NCBI GenBank assembly: GCA_964016885.1
Contig: OZ024740.1
Location: 427,924,001 to 427,988,000 of the forward strand
Reading direction: 5' to 3'
DNA: 64,000 nucleotides
Source of the DNA: Eledone cirrhosa
Taxonomy: Eukaryota
Part shown: positions 45,301 through 60,600 of the stretch, one piece after another
Numbering within the stretch: the first letter of the stretch is position 1
How the letters are laid out: each line of letters opens with the position of its first letter
Notes under the pieces: generated by a model
The model's input: only the letters and a program-made list of their open reading frames with translations
Databases searched by the model: none
Told to the model about the DNA's origin: nothing
Made by a program: the position numbers and the translations under genes

Positions 45301-48300
45301 GATTTATATAGTGCCCCCACAGAACACTGTATTTACAACTAACTAACCCTGATTTCTATAGTGCCCCCACAGAACACTGTATTTACAACTAACTAACCCT
45401 GATCTATATAGTGCCCCCACAGAACACTGTATTTACAACTAACTAACCCTGATTTCTATAGTGCTCCCACAGAACACTGTATTTACAACTAACTAACCCT
45501 GATTTATATAGTGCTCCCACAGAACACTGTATTTACAACTAACTAACCCTGATTTCTATAGTGCCCCCACAGAACACTGTATTTACAACTAACTAACCCT
45601 GATTTCTATAGTGCCCCCACAGAACATTGTATTTACAACTAACTAACCCTGATCTATATAGTGCCCCCACAGAACACTGTATTTACAACTAACTAACCCT
45701 GATTTATATAGAGCCCCCACAGAACACTGTATTTACAACTAACTAACACTGATTTATATAGTGCTCCCACAGAACACTGTATTTACAACTAACTAACACT
45801 GATTTATATAGTGCCCCCACAGAACACTGTATTTACAACTAACTAACCCTGATCTATATAGTGCTCCCACAGAACACTGTATTTACAACTAACTAACCCT
45901 GATTTATATAGTGCTCCCACAGAACACTGTATTTACAACTAACTAACCCTGATCTATATAGTGCTCCCACAGAACACTGTATTTACAACTAACTAACCCT
46001 GATTTATATAGTGCTCCCACAGAACACTGTATTTACAACTAACTAACCCTGATTTATATAGTGCTCCCACAGAACACTGTATTTACAACTAACTAACCCT
46101 GATCTATATAGTGCTCCCACAGAACACTGTATTTACAACTAACTAACCCTGATCTATATAGTGCCCCCACAGAACACTGTATTTACAACTAACTAACCCT
46201 GATTTCTATAGTGCTCCCACAGAACACTGTATTTACAACTAACTAACCCTGATCTATATAGTGCCCCCACAGAACACTGTATTTACAACTAACTAACCCT
46301 GATTTCTATAGTGCTCCCACAGAACACTGTATTTACAACTAACTAACCCTGATCTATATAGTGCCCCCACAGAACACTGTATTTACAACTAACTAACCCT
46401 GATTTCTATAGTGCTCCCACAGAACACTGTATTTACAACTAACTAACCCTGATCTATATAGTGCCCCCACAGAACACTGTATTTACAACTAACTAACCCT
46501 GATTTCTATAGTGCTCCCACAGAACACTGTATTTACAACTAACTAACCCTGATTTATATAGTGCCCCCACAGAACACTGTATTTACAACTAACTAACCCT
46601 GATTTATATAGTGCCCCCACAGAACACTGTATTTACAACTAACTAACCCTGATTTCTATAGTGCCCCCACAGAACACTGTATTTACAACTAACTAACCCT
46701 GATCTATATAGTGCTCCCACAGAACACTGTATTTACAACTAACTAACCCTGATCTATATAGTGCCCCCACAGAACACTGTATTTACAACTAACTAACCCT
46801 GATCTATATAGTGCCCCCACAGAACACTGTATTTACAACTAACTAACCCTGATTTCTATAGTGCTCCCACAGAACACTGTATTTACAACTAACTAACCCT
46901 GATCTATATAGTGCTCCCACAGAACACTGTATTTACAACTAACTAACCCTGATCTATATAGTGCCCCCACAGAACACTGTATTTACAACTAACTAACCCT
47001 GATCTATATAGTGCCCCCACAGAACACTGTATTTACAACTAACTAACCCTGATCTATATAGTGCCCCCACAGAACACTGTATTTACAACTAACTAATCCT
47101 GATTTCTATAGTGCCCCCACAGAACACTGTATTTACAACTAACTAACCATGATTTCTATAGTGCTCCCACAGAACACTGTATTTACAACTAACTAACCCT
47201 GATTTCTATAGTGCTCCCACAGAACACTGTATTTACAACTAACTAACCCTGATTTTTATAGTGCCCCCACAGAACACTGTATTTACAACTAACTAACCCT
47301 GATTTCTATAGTGCTCCCACAGAACACTGTATTTACAACTAACTAACCCTGATCTATATAGTGCCCCCACAGAACACTGTATTTACAACTAACTAACCCT
47401 GATCTATATAGTGCCCCCACAGAACACTGTATTTACAACTAACTAACCCTGATTTATATAGTGCCCCCACAGAACACTGTATTTACAACTAACTAACCCT
47501 GATTTCTATAGTGCCCCCACAGAACACTGTATTTACAACTAACTAACCCTGATCTATATAGTGCCCCCACAGAACACTGTATTTACAACTAACTAACCCT
47601 GATTTCTATAGTGCTCCCACAGAACACTGTATTTACAACTAACTAACCCTGATTTATATAGTGCTCCCACAGAAACACTGTATTTACAACTAACTAACCC
47701 TGATTTCTATAGTGCCCCCACAGAACACTGTATTTACAACTAACTAACCCTGATTTCTATAGTGCCCCCACAGAACACTGTATTTACAACTAACTAACCC
47801 TGATCTATATAGTGCCCCCACAGAACACTGTATTTACAACTAACTAACCCTGATTTATATAGTGCCCCCACAGAACACTGTATTTACAACTAACTAACAC
47901 TGATTTATATAGTGCTCCCACAGAACACTGTATTTACAACTAACTAACCCTGATTTATATAGTGCCCCCACAGAACACTGTATTTACAACTAACTAACCC
48001 TGATCTATATAGTGCTCCCACAGAACACTGTATTTACAACTAACTAACCCTGATTTCTATAGTGCTCCCACAGAACACTGTATTTACAACTAACTAACCC
48101 TGATCTATATAGTGCTCCCACAGAACACTGTATTTACAACTAACTAACCCTGATTTATATAGTGCTCCCACAGAACACTGTATTTACAACTAACTAACCC
48201 TGATTTATATAGTGCTCCCACAGAACACTGTATTTACAACTAACTAACCCTGATCTATATAGTGCCCCCACAGAACACTGTATTTACAACTAACTAACCC

Positions 48301-51300
48301 TGATTTATATAGTGCCCCCACAGAACACTGTATTTACAACTAACTAACACTGATTTATATAGTGCTCCCACAGAACACTGTATTTACAACTAACTAACCC
48401 TGATTTATATAGTGCCCCCACAGAACACTGTATTTACAACTAACTAACCCTGATCTATATAGTGCTCCCACAGAACACTGTATTTACAACTAACTAACCC
48501 TGATTTCTATAGTGCTCCCACAGAACACTGTATTTACAACTAACTAACCCTGATCTATATAGTGCTCCCACAGAACACTGTATTTACAACTAACTAACCC
48601 TGATTTATATAGTGCTCCCACAGAACACTGTATTTACAACTAACTAACCCTGATTTATATAGTGCTCCCACAGAACACTGTATTTACAACTAACTAACCC
48701 TGATTTATATAGTGCTCCCACAGAACACTGTATTTACAACTAACTAACCCTGATCTATATAGTGCTCCCACAGAACACTGTATTTACAACTAACTAACCC
48801 TGATTTATATAGTGCCCCCACAGAACACTGTATTTACAACTAACTAACCCTGATCTATATAGTGCTCCCACAGAACACTGTATTTACAACTAACTAACCC
48901 TGATTTATATAGTGCCCCCACAGAACACTGTATTTACAACTAACTAACCCTGATTTATATAGTGCCCCCACAGAACACTGTATTTACAACTAACTAACCC
49001 TGATCTATATAGTGCTCCCACAGAACACTGTATTTACAACTAACTAACCCTGATTTATATAGTGCTCCCACAGAACACTGTATTTACAACTAACTAACCC
49101 TGATTTATATAGTGCTCCCACAGAACACTGTATTTACAACTAACTAACCCTGATTTCTATAGTGCCCCCACAGAACACTGTATTTACAACTAACTAACCC
49201 TGATCTATATAGTGCTCCCACAGAACACTGTATTTACAACTAACTAACCCTGATCTATATAGTGCCCCCACAGAACACTGTATTTACAACTAACTAACCC
49301 TGACTTCTATAGTGCTCCCACAGAACACTGTATTTACAACTAACTAACCCTGATCTATATAGTGCCCCCACAGAACACTGTATTTACAACTAACTAACCC
49401 TGATTTCTATAGTGCTCCCACAGAACACTGTATTTACAACTAACTAACCCTGATCTATATAGTGCCCCCACAGAACACTGTATTTACAACTAACTAACCC
49501 TGATTTCTATAGTGCTCCCACAGAACACTGTATTTACAACTAACTAACCCTGATCTATATAGTGCCCCCACAGAACACTGTATTTACAACTAACCCTGAT
49601 TTCTATAGTGCTCCCTCAGAACACTGTATTTACAACTAACTAACCCTGATTTATATAGTGCCCCCACAGAACACTGTATTTACAACTAACTAACCCTGAT
49701 TTCTATAGTGCCCCCACAGAACACTGTATTTACAACTAACTAACCCTGATTTCTATAGTGCCCCCACAGAACACTGTATTTACAACTAACTAACCCTGAT
49801 TTCTATAGTGCTCCCACAGAACACTGTATTTACAACTAACTAACCCTGATTTATATAGCGCCCCCACAGAACACTGTATTTACAACTAACTAACCCTGAT
49901 TTCTATAGTGCCCCCACAGAACACTGTATTTACAACTAACTAACCCTGATCTATATAGTGCTCCCACAGAACACTGTATTTACAACTAACTAACCCTGAT
50001 CTATATAGTGCCCCCACAGAACACTGTATTTACAACTAACTAACCCTGATCTATATAGTGCCCCCACAGAACACTGTATTTACAACTAACTAACCCTGAT
50101 TTCTATAGTGCTCCCACAGAACACTGTATTTACAACTAACTAACCCTGATCTATATAGTGCTCCCACAGAACACTGTATTTACAACTAACTAACCCTGAT
50201 CTATATAGTGCCCCCACAGAACACTGTATTTACAACTAACTAACCCTGATCTATATAGTGCCCCCACAGAACACTGTATTTACAACTAACTAACCCTGAT
50301 CTATATAGTGCCCCCACAGAACACTGTATTTACAACTAACTAACCCTGATTTCTATAGTGCCCCCACAGAACACTGTATTTACAACTAACTAACCCTGAT
50401 TTCTATAGTACTCCCACAGAACACTGTATTTACAACTAACTAACCCTGATTTCTATAGTGCTCCCAGAGAACACTGTATTTACAACTAACTAACCCTGAT
50501 TTCTATAGTGCCCCCACAGAACACTGTATTTACAACTAACTAACCCTGATTTCTATAGTGCTCCCACAGAACACTGTATTTACAACTAACTAACCCTGAT
50601 CTGTATAGTGCCCCCACAGAACACTGTATTTACAACTAACTAACCCTGATCTATATAGTGCCCCACAGAACACTGTATTTACAACTAACTAACCCTGATT
50701 TATATAGTGCCCCCACAGAACACTGTATTTACAACTAACTAACCCTGATTTCTATAGTGCCCCCACAGAACACTGTATTTACAACTAACTAACCCTGATC
50801 TATATAGTGCCCCCACAGAACACTGTATTTACAACTAACTAACCCTGATTTCTATAGTGCTCCCACAGAACACTGTATTTACAACTAACTAACCCTGATT
50901 TATATAGTGCTCCCACAGAACACTGTATTTACAACTAACTAACCCTGATTTCTATAGTGCCCCCACAGAACACTGTATTTACAACTAACTAACCCTGATT
51001 TCTATAGTGCCCCCACAGAACACTGTATTTACAACTAACTAACCCTGATCTATATAGTGCCCCCACAGAACACTGTATTTACAACTAACTAACCCTGATT
51101 TATATAGTGCCCCCACAGAACACTGTATTTACAACTAACTAACCCTGATTTATATAGTGCTCCCACAGAACACTGTATTTACAACTAACTAACCCTGATT
51201 TATATAGTGCCCCCACAGAACACTGTATTTACAACAAACTAACCCTGATCTATATAGTGCTCCCACAGAACACTGTATTTACAACTAACTAACCCTGATT

Positions 51301-53899
51301 TATATAGTGCTCCCACAGAACACTGTATTTACAACTAACTAACCCTGATCTATATAGTGCTCCCACAGAACACTGTATTTACAACTAACTAACCCTGATT
51401 TATATAGTGCTCCCACAGAACACAGTATTTACAACTAACTAACCCTGATTTATATAGTGCTCCCACAGAACACTGTATTTACAACTAACTAACCCTGATT
51501 TATATAGTGCTCCCACAGAACACTGTATTTACAACTAACTAACCCTGATTTATATAGTGCTCCCACAGAACACTGTATTTACAACTAACTAACCCTGATC
51601 TATATAGTGCTCCCACAGAACACTGTATTTACAACTAACTAACCCTGATTTATATAGTGCCCCCACAGAACACTGTATTTACAACTAACTAACCCTGATC
51701 TATATAGTGCTCCCACAGAACACTGTATTTACAACTAACTAACCCTGATTTATATAGTGCTCCCACAGAACACTGTATTTACAACAAACTAACCCTGATT
51801 TATATAGTGCTCCCACAGAACACTGTATTTACAACTAACTAACCCTGATTTATATAGTGCTCCCACAGAACACTGTATTTACAACTAACTAACCCTGATT
51901 TATATAGTGCTCCCACAGAACACTGTATTTACAACTAACTAACCCTGATTTATATAGTGCCCCCACAGAACACTGTATTTACAACTAACTAACCCTGATC
52001 TATATAGTGCTCCCACAGAACACTGTATTTACAACTAACTAACCCTGATTTATATAGTGCTCCCACAGAACACTGTATTTACAACTAACTAACCCTGATT
52101 TATATAGTGCTCCCACAGAACACTGTATTTACAACTAACTAACCCTGATTTCTATAGTGCCCCCACAGAATACTGTATTTACAACTAACTAACCCTGATT
52201 TATATAGTGCCCCCACAGAACACTGTATTTACAACTAACTAACCCTGATCTATATAGTGCTCTCACAGAACACTGTATTTACAACTAACTAACACTGATC
52301 TATATAGTGCCCCCACAGAACACTGTATTTACAACTAACTAACCCTGATTTATATAGTGCTCCCACAGAACACTGTATTTACAACTAACTAACCCTGATC
52401 TATATAGTGCTCCCACAGAACACTGTATTTACAACTAACTAACCCTGATTTATATAGTGCTCCCACAGAACACTGTATTTACAACTAACTAACCCTGATT
52501 TATATAGTGCTCCCACAGAACACTGTATTTACAACTAACTAACCCTTATCTATATAGTGCCCCCACAGAACACTGTATTTACAACTAACTAACCCTGATC
52601 TATATAGTGCCCCCACAGAACACTGTATTTACAACTAACTAACCCTGATTTCTATTGTGCCCCCACAGAACACTGTATTTACAACTAACTAACCCTGATT
52701 TATATAGTGCTCCCACAGAACACTGTATTTACAACTAACTAACCCTGATTTATATAGTGCCCCCACAGAACACTGTATTTACAACTAACTAACCCTGATC
52801 TATATAGTGCTCCCACAGAACACTGTATTTACAACTAACTAACCCTGATCTATATAGTGCTCCCACAGAACACTGTATTTACAACTAACTAACCCTGATT
52901 TCTATAGTGCCCCCACAGAACACTGTATTTACAACTAACTAACCCTGATTTATATAGTGCTCCCACAGAACACTGTATTTACAACTAACTAACCCTGATT
53001 TATATAGTGCTCCCACAGAACACTGTATTTACAACTAACTAACCCTGATCTATATAGTGCTCCCACAGAACACTGTATTTACAACTAACTAACCCTGATT
53101 TATATAGTGCCCCCACAGAACACTGTATTTACAACTAACTAACCCTGATTTATATAGTGCTCCCACAGAACACTGTATTTACAACTAACTAACCCTGATC
53201 TATATAGTGCTCCCACAGAACACTGTATTTACAACTAACTAAACCCTGATTTATATAGTGCTCCCACAGAACACTGTATTTACAACTAACTAACCCTGAT
53301 CTATATAGTGCTCCCACAGAACACTGTATTTACAACTAACTAACCCTGATTTATATAGTGCTCCCACAGAACACTGTATTTACAACTAACTAACCCTGAT
53401 TTATATAGTGCTCCCACAGAACACTGTATTTACAACTAACTAACCCTGATCTATATAGTGCTCCCACAGAACACTGTATTTACAACTAACTAACCCTGAT
53501 CTATATAGTGCTCCCACAGAACACTGTATTTACAACTAACTAACCCTGATTTATATAGTGCTCCCACAGAACACTGTATTTACAACTAACTAACCCTGAT
53601 TTATATAGTGCTCCCACAGAACACTGTATTTACAACTAACTAACCCTGATTTATATAGTGCTCCCACAGAACACTGTATTTACAACTAACTAACCCTGAT
53701 CTATATAGTGCTCCCACAGAACACTGTATTTACAACTAACTAACCCTGATCTATATAGTGCTCCCACAGAACACTGTATTTACAACTAACTAACCCTGAT
53801 TTATATAGTGCTCCCACAGAACACTGTATTTACAACTAACTAACCCTGATTTATATAGTGCTCCCACAGAACACTGTATTTACAACTAACTAACCCTGA
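42399..53899. repeat. 50-bp satellite, ~230 highly homogeneous copies
   Basis: Unit GAT[CTA/TTC/TTA]TATAGTGC[T/C]CCCACAGAACACTGTATTTACAACTAACTAACCCT; only a few indels in 11.5 kb. Confidence 0.98.
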
Positions 53900-54007
53900 A
53901 TCACCGACCTGCACCTCCGAATGTAAGTCCTGTCAAATCATTGAGTGGATGGGAAATTTCAGTGGGGAAGCACAAACTTAATATATTTAGTCCGATATAC
54001 CTATATG

Positions 54008-54058
<51 letters not shown>

Positions 54059-54218
54059 GCGTGTGTGTGTGTATGTGTGTGTGTTGTTATTTCTGTTTAC
54101 CTTTTACACATATATATATATGTATACATATGTAAAAGTTAAACAGAAATAACAACACAATCGGTACAGCATATGGAAGGGATATATTAGGTTAACGCTT
54201 GATATAGCAGGAAGAGTG

Positions 54219-54254
54219 TCTTAACGTTTCGGACGCTAGTCCTTTATCAGAAGA
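54219..54254 (-). ncRNA. Degenerate minimal hammerhead motif
   Basis: UCUU-CUGAUAAA-GGAC(UAGC)GUCC-GAAA-CG-UU^-AAGA; palindromic AACGUU; A in place of G8 with C3 retained and an extra A, so likely inactive. Confidence 0.55.
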
Positions 54255-54688
54255 AAGAATGAGAAATAAGATAGATCAAGGGGACGAGCGGGATGGAATT
54301 GGAAGAAATTTCTTTAGATAAAAATAACAGGTCCATTCATGTTGACATATATATATAAAGAGAAGGAAAGAGAGAATTAATTCTGTATCAATTTCAAAAT
54401 GGAGTATATAGAAATAATAAAGTACTCAATAGAAGTATAATTCTCTGATATGTTCCTCATATACATACAGGTAGCGATGTTGTTGGTTTAAGTGGTGGAA
54501 TGGATAAGGAGGAGTGTAAGTGGTGAGGTATGATATACTGGCACATAATGCCTGCAATGTGGAGAAACGGATTTGTAAATGTATATGGGATTATGTAAAA
54601 TATTTTAGCTATTTATGATGTCTCTTTATTGTAATGCTTAATATTAGAAAATACAGCGACTATATAGGAGCACGACAGTAAACCTCTC

Positions 54689-57600
54689 GGAGAGTGACCG
54701 GTACTTGAAGAGTTTAGCTTCCTTAGTCCGACGTGCAGGAGAGTGACTGGTACTTGGAGAGTTTAGCAGGCCTTAGTCCGACGTGCAGGACAGTGACCGG
54801 TACTTGGAGAGTTTAGCCTCCTCAGTCCGACGTGCAGGAGAGTGACCGGTACTTGGAGAGTTTAGCCTCCTTAGTCCGACGTGCAGGAGAGTGACCGGTA
54901 CTTGGAGAGTTTAGCCTCCTTAGTCCGACGTGCAGGAGAGTGACCGGTACTTGGAGAGTTTAGCCTCCTCAGTCCGACGTGCAGGAGAGTGACTGGTACT
55001 TGGAGAGTTTAGCAGGCCTTAGTCCGACGTGCAGGACAGTGACCGGTACTTGGAGAGTTTAGCCTCCTCAGTCCGACGTGCAGGAGAGTGACCGGTACTT
55101 GGAGAGTTTAGCCTCCTTAGTCCGACGTGCAGGAGAGTGACCGGCACTTGGAGAGTTTAGCCTCCTTAGTCCGACGTGCAGGAGAGTGACCGGTACTTGG
55201 AGAGTTTAGCCACCTTAGTCCGACATGCAGGAGAGTGACCGGTACTTGGAGAGTTTAGCCTCCTTAGTCCGACGTGCAGGAGAGTGACCGGTACTTGGAG
55301 AGTTTAGCCTCCTTAGTCCGACGTGCAGGAGAGTGACCGGTACTTGGAGAGTTTAGCCTCCTTAGTCCGACGTGCAGGAGAGTGACCGGTACTTGGAGAG
55401 TTTAGCCTCCTCAGTCCGACGTGCAGGAGAGTGACTGGTACTTGGAGAGTTTAGCCTCCTCAGTCCGACATGCAGGAGAGTGACCGGTACTTGGAGAGTT
55501 TAGCCTCCTCAGTCCGACGTGCAGGAGAGTGACTGGTACTTGGAGAGTTTAGCCTCCTCAGTCCGACATGCAGGAGAGTGACCGGTACTTGGAGAGTTTA
55601 GCCTCCTCAGTCCGACATGCAGGAGAGTGACCGGTACTTGGAGAGTTTAGCCTCCTCAGTCCGACGTGCAGGAGAGTGATTGGTACTTGGAGTGTTTAGC
55701 CTCCCCAGTCCGACGTGCAGGAGAGTGACCGGTACTTGGAGAGTTTAGCCTCCTCAGTCCGACATGCAGGAGAGTGACCGGTACTTGGAGAGTTTAGCCT
55801 CCTCAGTCCGACATGCAGGAGAGTGACCGGCACTTGGAGAGTTTAGCCTCCTCAGTCCGACATGCAGGAGAGTGACCGGTACTTGGAGAGTTTAGCCTCC
55901 TCAGTCCGACGTGCAGGAGAGTGACTGGTACTTGGAGAGTTTAGCCTCCTCAGTCCGACATGCAGGAGAGTGACCGGTACTTGGAGAGTTTAGCCTCCTC
56001 AGTCCGACATGCAGGAGAGTGACCGGTACTTGGAGAGTTTAGCCTCCTCAGTCCGACGTGCAGGAGAGTGACCTGTACTTGGAGAGTTTAGCTTCCTTAG
56101 TCCGACGTGCAGGAGAGTGACTGGTACTTGGAGAGTTTAGCCTCCTTAGTCCGACGTGCAGGAGAGTGACTGGTACTTGGAGAGTTTAGCCTCCTCAGCC
56201 CGACGTGCAGGAGAGTAACCGGTACTTGGAGAGTTTAGCCTCCTTAGTCCGACGTGCAGGAGAGTGACTGGTACTTGGAGAGTTTAGCCTCCTTAGTCCG
56301 ACGTGCAGGAGAGTGACTGGTACTTGGAGAGTTTAGCCTCCTTAGTCCGACGTGCAGGAGAGTGAGTCGTACTTGGAGAGTTTAGCCTCCTTAGTCCGAC
56401 GTGCAGGAGAGTGAATGGTACTTGGAGAGTTTAGCCTCCTTAGCCCGACGTGCAGGAGAGTGACCGGTACCTGGAGAGTTTAGCCTCCTTAGTCCGAAGT
56501 GCAGGAGAGTGAATGGTACTTGGAGAGTTTAGCCTCCTTAGCCCGACGTGCTGGAGAGTGACCGGTACCTGGAGAGTTTAGCCTCCTTAGTCCGACGTGC
56601 AGGAGAGTGAATGGTACTTGGAGAGTTTAGCCTCCTTAGCCCGACGTGCAGGAGAGTGACCGGTACCTGGAGAGTTTAGCCTCCTTAGTCCGACGTGCAG
56701 GAGAGTGAATAGTACTTGGAGAGTTTAGCCTCCTTAGCCCGACGTGCAGGAGAGTGACGGGTACCTGGAGAGTTTAGCCTCCTTAGTCCGACGTGCAGGA
56801 GAGTGACCGGTACCTGGAGAGTTTAGCCTCCTTAGTCCGACGTGCAGGAGAGTGACCGATACCTGGAGAGTTTAGCCTCCTTAGTCCGACGTGCAGGAGA
56901 GTGACCGGTTCCTGGAGAGTTTAGCCTCCTTAGTCCGACGTGCAGGAGAGTGAATGGTACTTGGAGAGTTTAGCCTCCTTAGCCCGACGTGCAGGAGAGT
57001 GACCGGTACCTGGAGAGTTTAGCCTCCTTAGCCCGACGTGCAGGAGAGTGACCGGTACCTGGAGAGTTTAGCCTCCTTAGCCCGACGTGCAGGAGAGTGA
57101 CCGGTACCTGGAGAGTTTAGCCTCCTTAGTCCGACGTGCAGGAGAGTGACTGGTACTTGGAGAGTTTAGCCTCCTTAGTCCGACGTGCAGGAGAGTGACC
57201 GGTACTTGGAGAGTTTAGACTCCATAGTCAGACGTGCAGGAGAGTGACTGGTACTTGGAGAGTTTAGACTCCATAGTCAGACGTGCAGGAGAGTGACTGG
57301 TACTTGGAGAGTTTAGCCACCTTAGTCCGACGTGCAGGAGAGTGACTGGTACTTGGAGAGTTTAGACTCCATAGTCAGACGTGCAGGAGAGTGACTGGTA
57401 CTTGGAGAGTTTAGACTCCATAGTCAGACGTGCAGGAGAGTGACTGGTACTTGGAGAGTTTAGCCTCCTTAGTCCGACGTGCAGGAGAGTGACTGGTACT
57501 TGGAGTGTTTAGCCGTCTCAGTCCGACGTGCAGGAGAGTGACCGGTACTTGGAGAGTTTAGCCACCTTAGTCCGACGTGCAGGAGAGTGACCGGTACTTG

Positions 57601-60600
57601 GAGAGTTTAGCAGGCCTTAGTCCGACGTGCAGGAGAGTGACCGGTACTTGGAGAATTTAGACTCCTCAGTCCGACGTGCAGGAGAGTGACCGGTACCTGG
57701 AGAGTTTAGACTCCTCAGTCCGACGTGCAGGAGAGTGACCGGTACTTGGAGAGTTTAGCCACATTAGTCCGACGTGCAGGAGAGTGACTGTTACTTGGAG
57801 AGTTTAGCCTCCTTAGTCCTACGTGCAGGAGAGTGACTGGTACTTGGAGAGTTTAGCTTCCTCAGCCCGGCGTGCAGGAGAGTGACCAGTACTTGGAGAG
57901 TTTAGCCTCCTTAGTCCGACGTGCAGGAGAGTGACTGGTACTTGGAGAGTTTAGCCTCCTCAGTCCGACGTGCAGGAGAGTGACTGGTACTATGAGAGTT
58001 TAGCCTTCTTAGTCCGACGTGCAGGAGTGTGACCGGTACTTGGAGAGTTTAGCCTCCTTAGTCCGACGTGCAGGAGAGTGACCGGTACTTGGAGAGTTTA
58101 GCCTCCCCAGTCCGACGTGCAGGAGAGTGACCGGTACTTGGAGAGTTTAGCCTCCTCAGTCCGACGTGCAGGAGAGTGACCGGTACTGGGAGAGTTTAGC
58201 CTCCTCAGCCCGACGTGCAGGAGAGTGACCGGTACTTGGAGAGTTTAGCCTCCTTAGTCCGACGTGCAGGAGAGTGACCGGTACTTGGAGAGTTTAGCCT
58301 CCTTAGTCCGACGTGCAGGAGAGTGACCGGTACTTGGAGAGTTTAGCCTCCTCAGTCCGACGTGCAGGAGAGTGACTGGTACTTGGAGAGTTTAGCCTCC
58401 TCAGTCCGACATGCAGGAGAGTGACCGGTACTTGGAGAGTTTAGCCTCCTCAGTCCGACGTGCAGGAGAGTGACTGGTACTTGGAGAGTTTAGCCTCCTC
58501 AGTCCGACATGCAGGAGAGTGACCGGTACTTGGAGAGTTTAGCCTCCTCAGTCCGACATGCAGGAGAGTGACCGGTACTTGGAGAGTTTAGCCTCCTCAG
58601 TCCGACGTGCAGGAGAGTGATTGGTACTTGGAGTGTTTAGCCTCCCCAGTCCGACGTGCAGGAGAGTGACCGGTACTTGGAGAGTTTAGCCTCCTCAGTC
58701 CGACATGCAGGAGAGTGACCGGTACTTGGAGAGTTTAGCCTCCTCAGTCCGACATGCAGGAGAGTGACCGGCACTTGGAGAGTTTAGCCTCCTCAGTCCG
58801 ACATGCAGGAGAGTGACCGGTACTTGGAGAGTTTAGCCTCCTCAGTCCGACGTGCAGGAGAGTGACTGGTACTTGGAGAGTTTAGCCTCCTCAGTCCGAC
58901 ATGCAGGAGAGTGACCGGTACTTGGAGAGTTTAGCCTCCTCAGTCCGACATGCAGGAGAGTGACCGGTACTTGGAGAGTTTAGCCTCCTCAGTCCGACGT
59001 GCAGGAGAGTGACCTGTACTTGGAGAGTTTAGCTTCCTTAGTCCGACGTGCAGGAGAGTGACTGGTACTTGGAGAGTTTAGCCTCCTTAGTCCGACGTGC
59101 AGGAGAGTGACTGGTACTTGGAGAGTTTAGCCTCCTCAGCCCGACGTGCAGGAGAGTAACCGGTACTTGGAGAGTTTAGCCTCCTTAGTCCGACGTGCAG
59201 GAGAGTGACTGGTACTTGGAGAGTTTAGCCTCCTTAGTCCGACGTGCAGGAGAGTGACTGGTACTTGGAGAGTTTAGCCTCCTTAGTCCGACGTGCAGGA
59301 GAGTGAGTCGTACTTGGAGAGTTTAGCCTCCTTAGTCCGACGTGCAGGAGAGTGAATGGTACTTGGAGAGTTTAGCCTCCTTAGCCCGACGTGCAGGAGA
59401 GTGACCGGTACCTGGAGAGTTTAGCCTCCTTAGTCCGAAGTGCAGGAGAGTGAATGGTACTTGGAGAGTTTAGCCTCCTTAGCCCGACGTGCAGGAGAGT
59501 GACCGGTACCTGGAGAGTTTAGCCTCCTTAGTCCGACGTGCAGGAGAGTGAATGGTACTTGGAGAGTTTAGCCTCCTTAGCCCGACGTGCAGGAGAGTGA
59601 CCGGTACCTGGAGAGTTTAGCCTCCTTAGTCCGACGTGCAGGAGAGTGAATAGTACTTGGAGAGTTTAGCCTCCTTAGCCCGACGTGCAGGAGAGTGACC
59701 GGTACCTGGAGAGTTTAGCCTCCTTAGTCCGACGTGCAGGAGAGTGACCGGTACCTGGAGAGTTTAGCCTCCTTAGTCCGACGTGCAGGAGAGTGACCGA
59801 TACCTGGAGAGTTTAGCCTCCTTAGTCCGACGTGCAGGAGAGTGACCGGTTCCTGGAGAGTTTAGCCTCCTTAGTCCGACGTGCAGGAGAGTGAATGGTA
59901 CTTGGAGAGTTTAGCCTCCTTAGCCCGACGTGCAGGAGAGTGACCGGTACCTGGAGAGTTTAGCCTCCTTAGCCCGACGTGCAGGAGAGTGACCGGTACC
60001 TGGAGAGTTTAGCCTCCTTAGCCCGACGTGCAGGAGAGTGACCGGTACCTGGAGAGTTTAGCCTCCTTAGTCCGACGTGCAGGAGAGTGACTGGTACTTG
60101 GAGAGTTTAGCCTCCTTAGTCCGACGTGCAGGAGAGTGACCGGTACTTGGAGAGTTTAGACTCCATAGTCAGACGTGCAGGAGAGTGACTGGTACTTGGA
60201 GAGTTTAGACTCCATAGTCAGACGTGCAGGAGAGTGACTGGTACTTGGAGAGTTTAGCCACCTTAGTCCGACGTGCAGGAGAGTGACTGGTACTTGGAGA
60301 GTTTAGACTCCATAGTCAGACGTGCAGGAGAGTGACTGGTACTTGGAGAGTTTAGACTCCATAGTCAGACGTGCAGGAGAGTGACTGGTACTTGGAGAGT
60401 TTAGCCTCCTTAGTCCGACGTGCAGGAGAGTGACTGGTACTTGGAGTGTTTAGCCGTCTCAGTCCGACGTGCAGGAGAGTGACCGGTACTTGGAGAGTTT
60501 AGCCACCTTAGTCCGACGTGCAGGAGAGTGACCGGTACTTGGAGAGTTTAGCAGGCCTTAGTCCGACGTGCAGGAGAGTGACCGGTACTTGGAGAATTTA

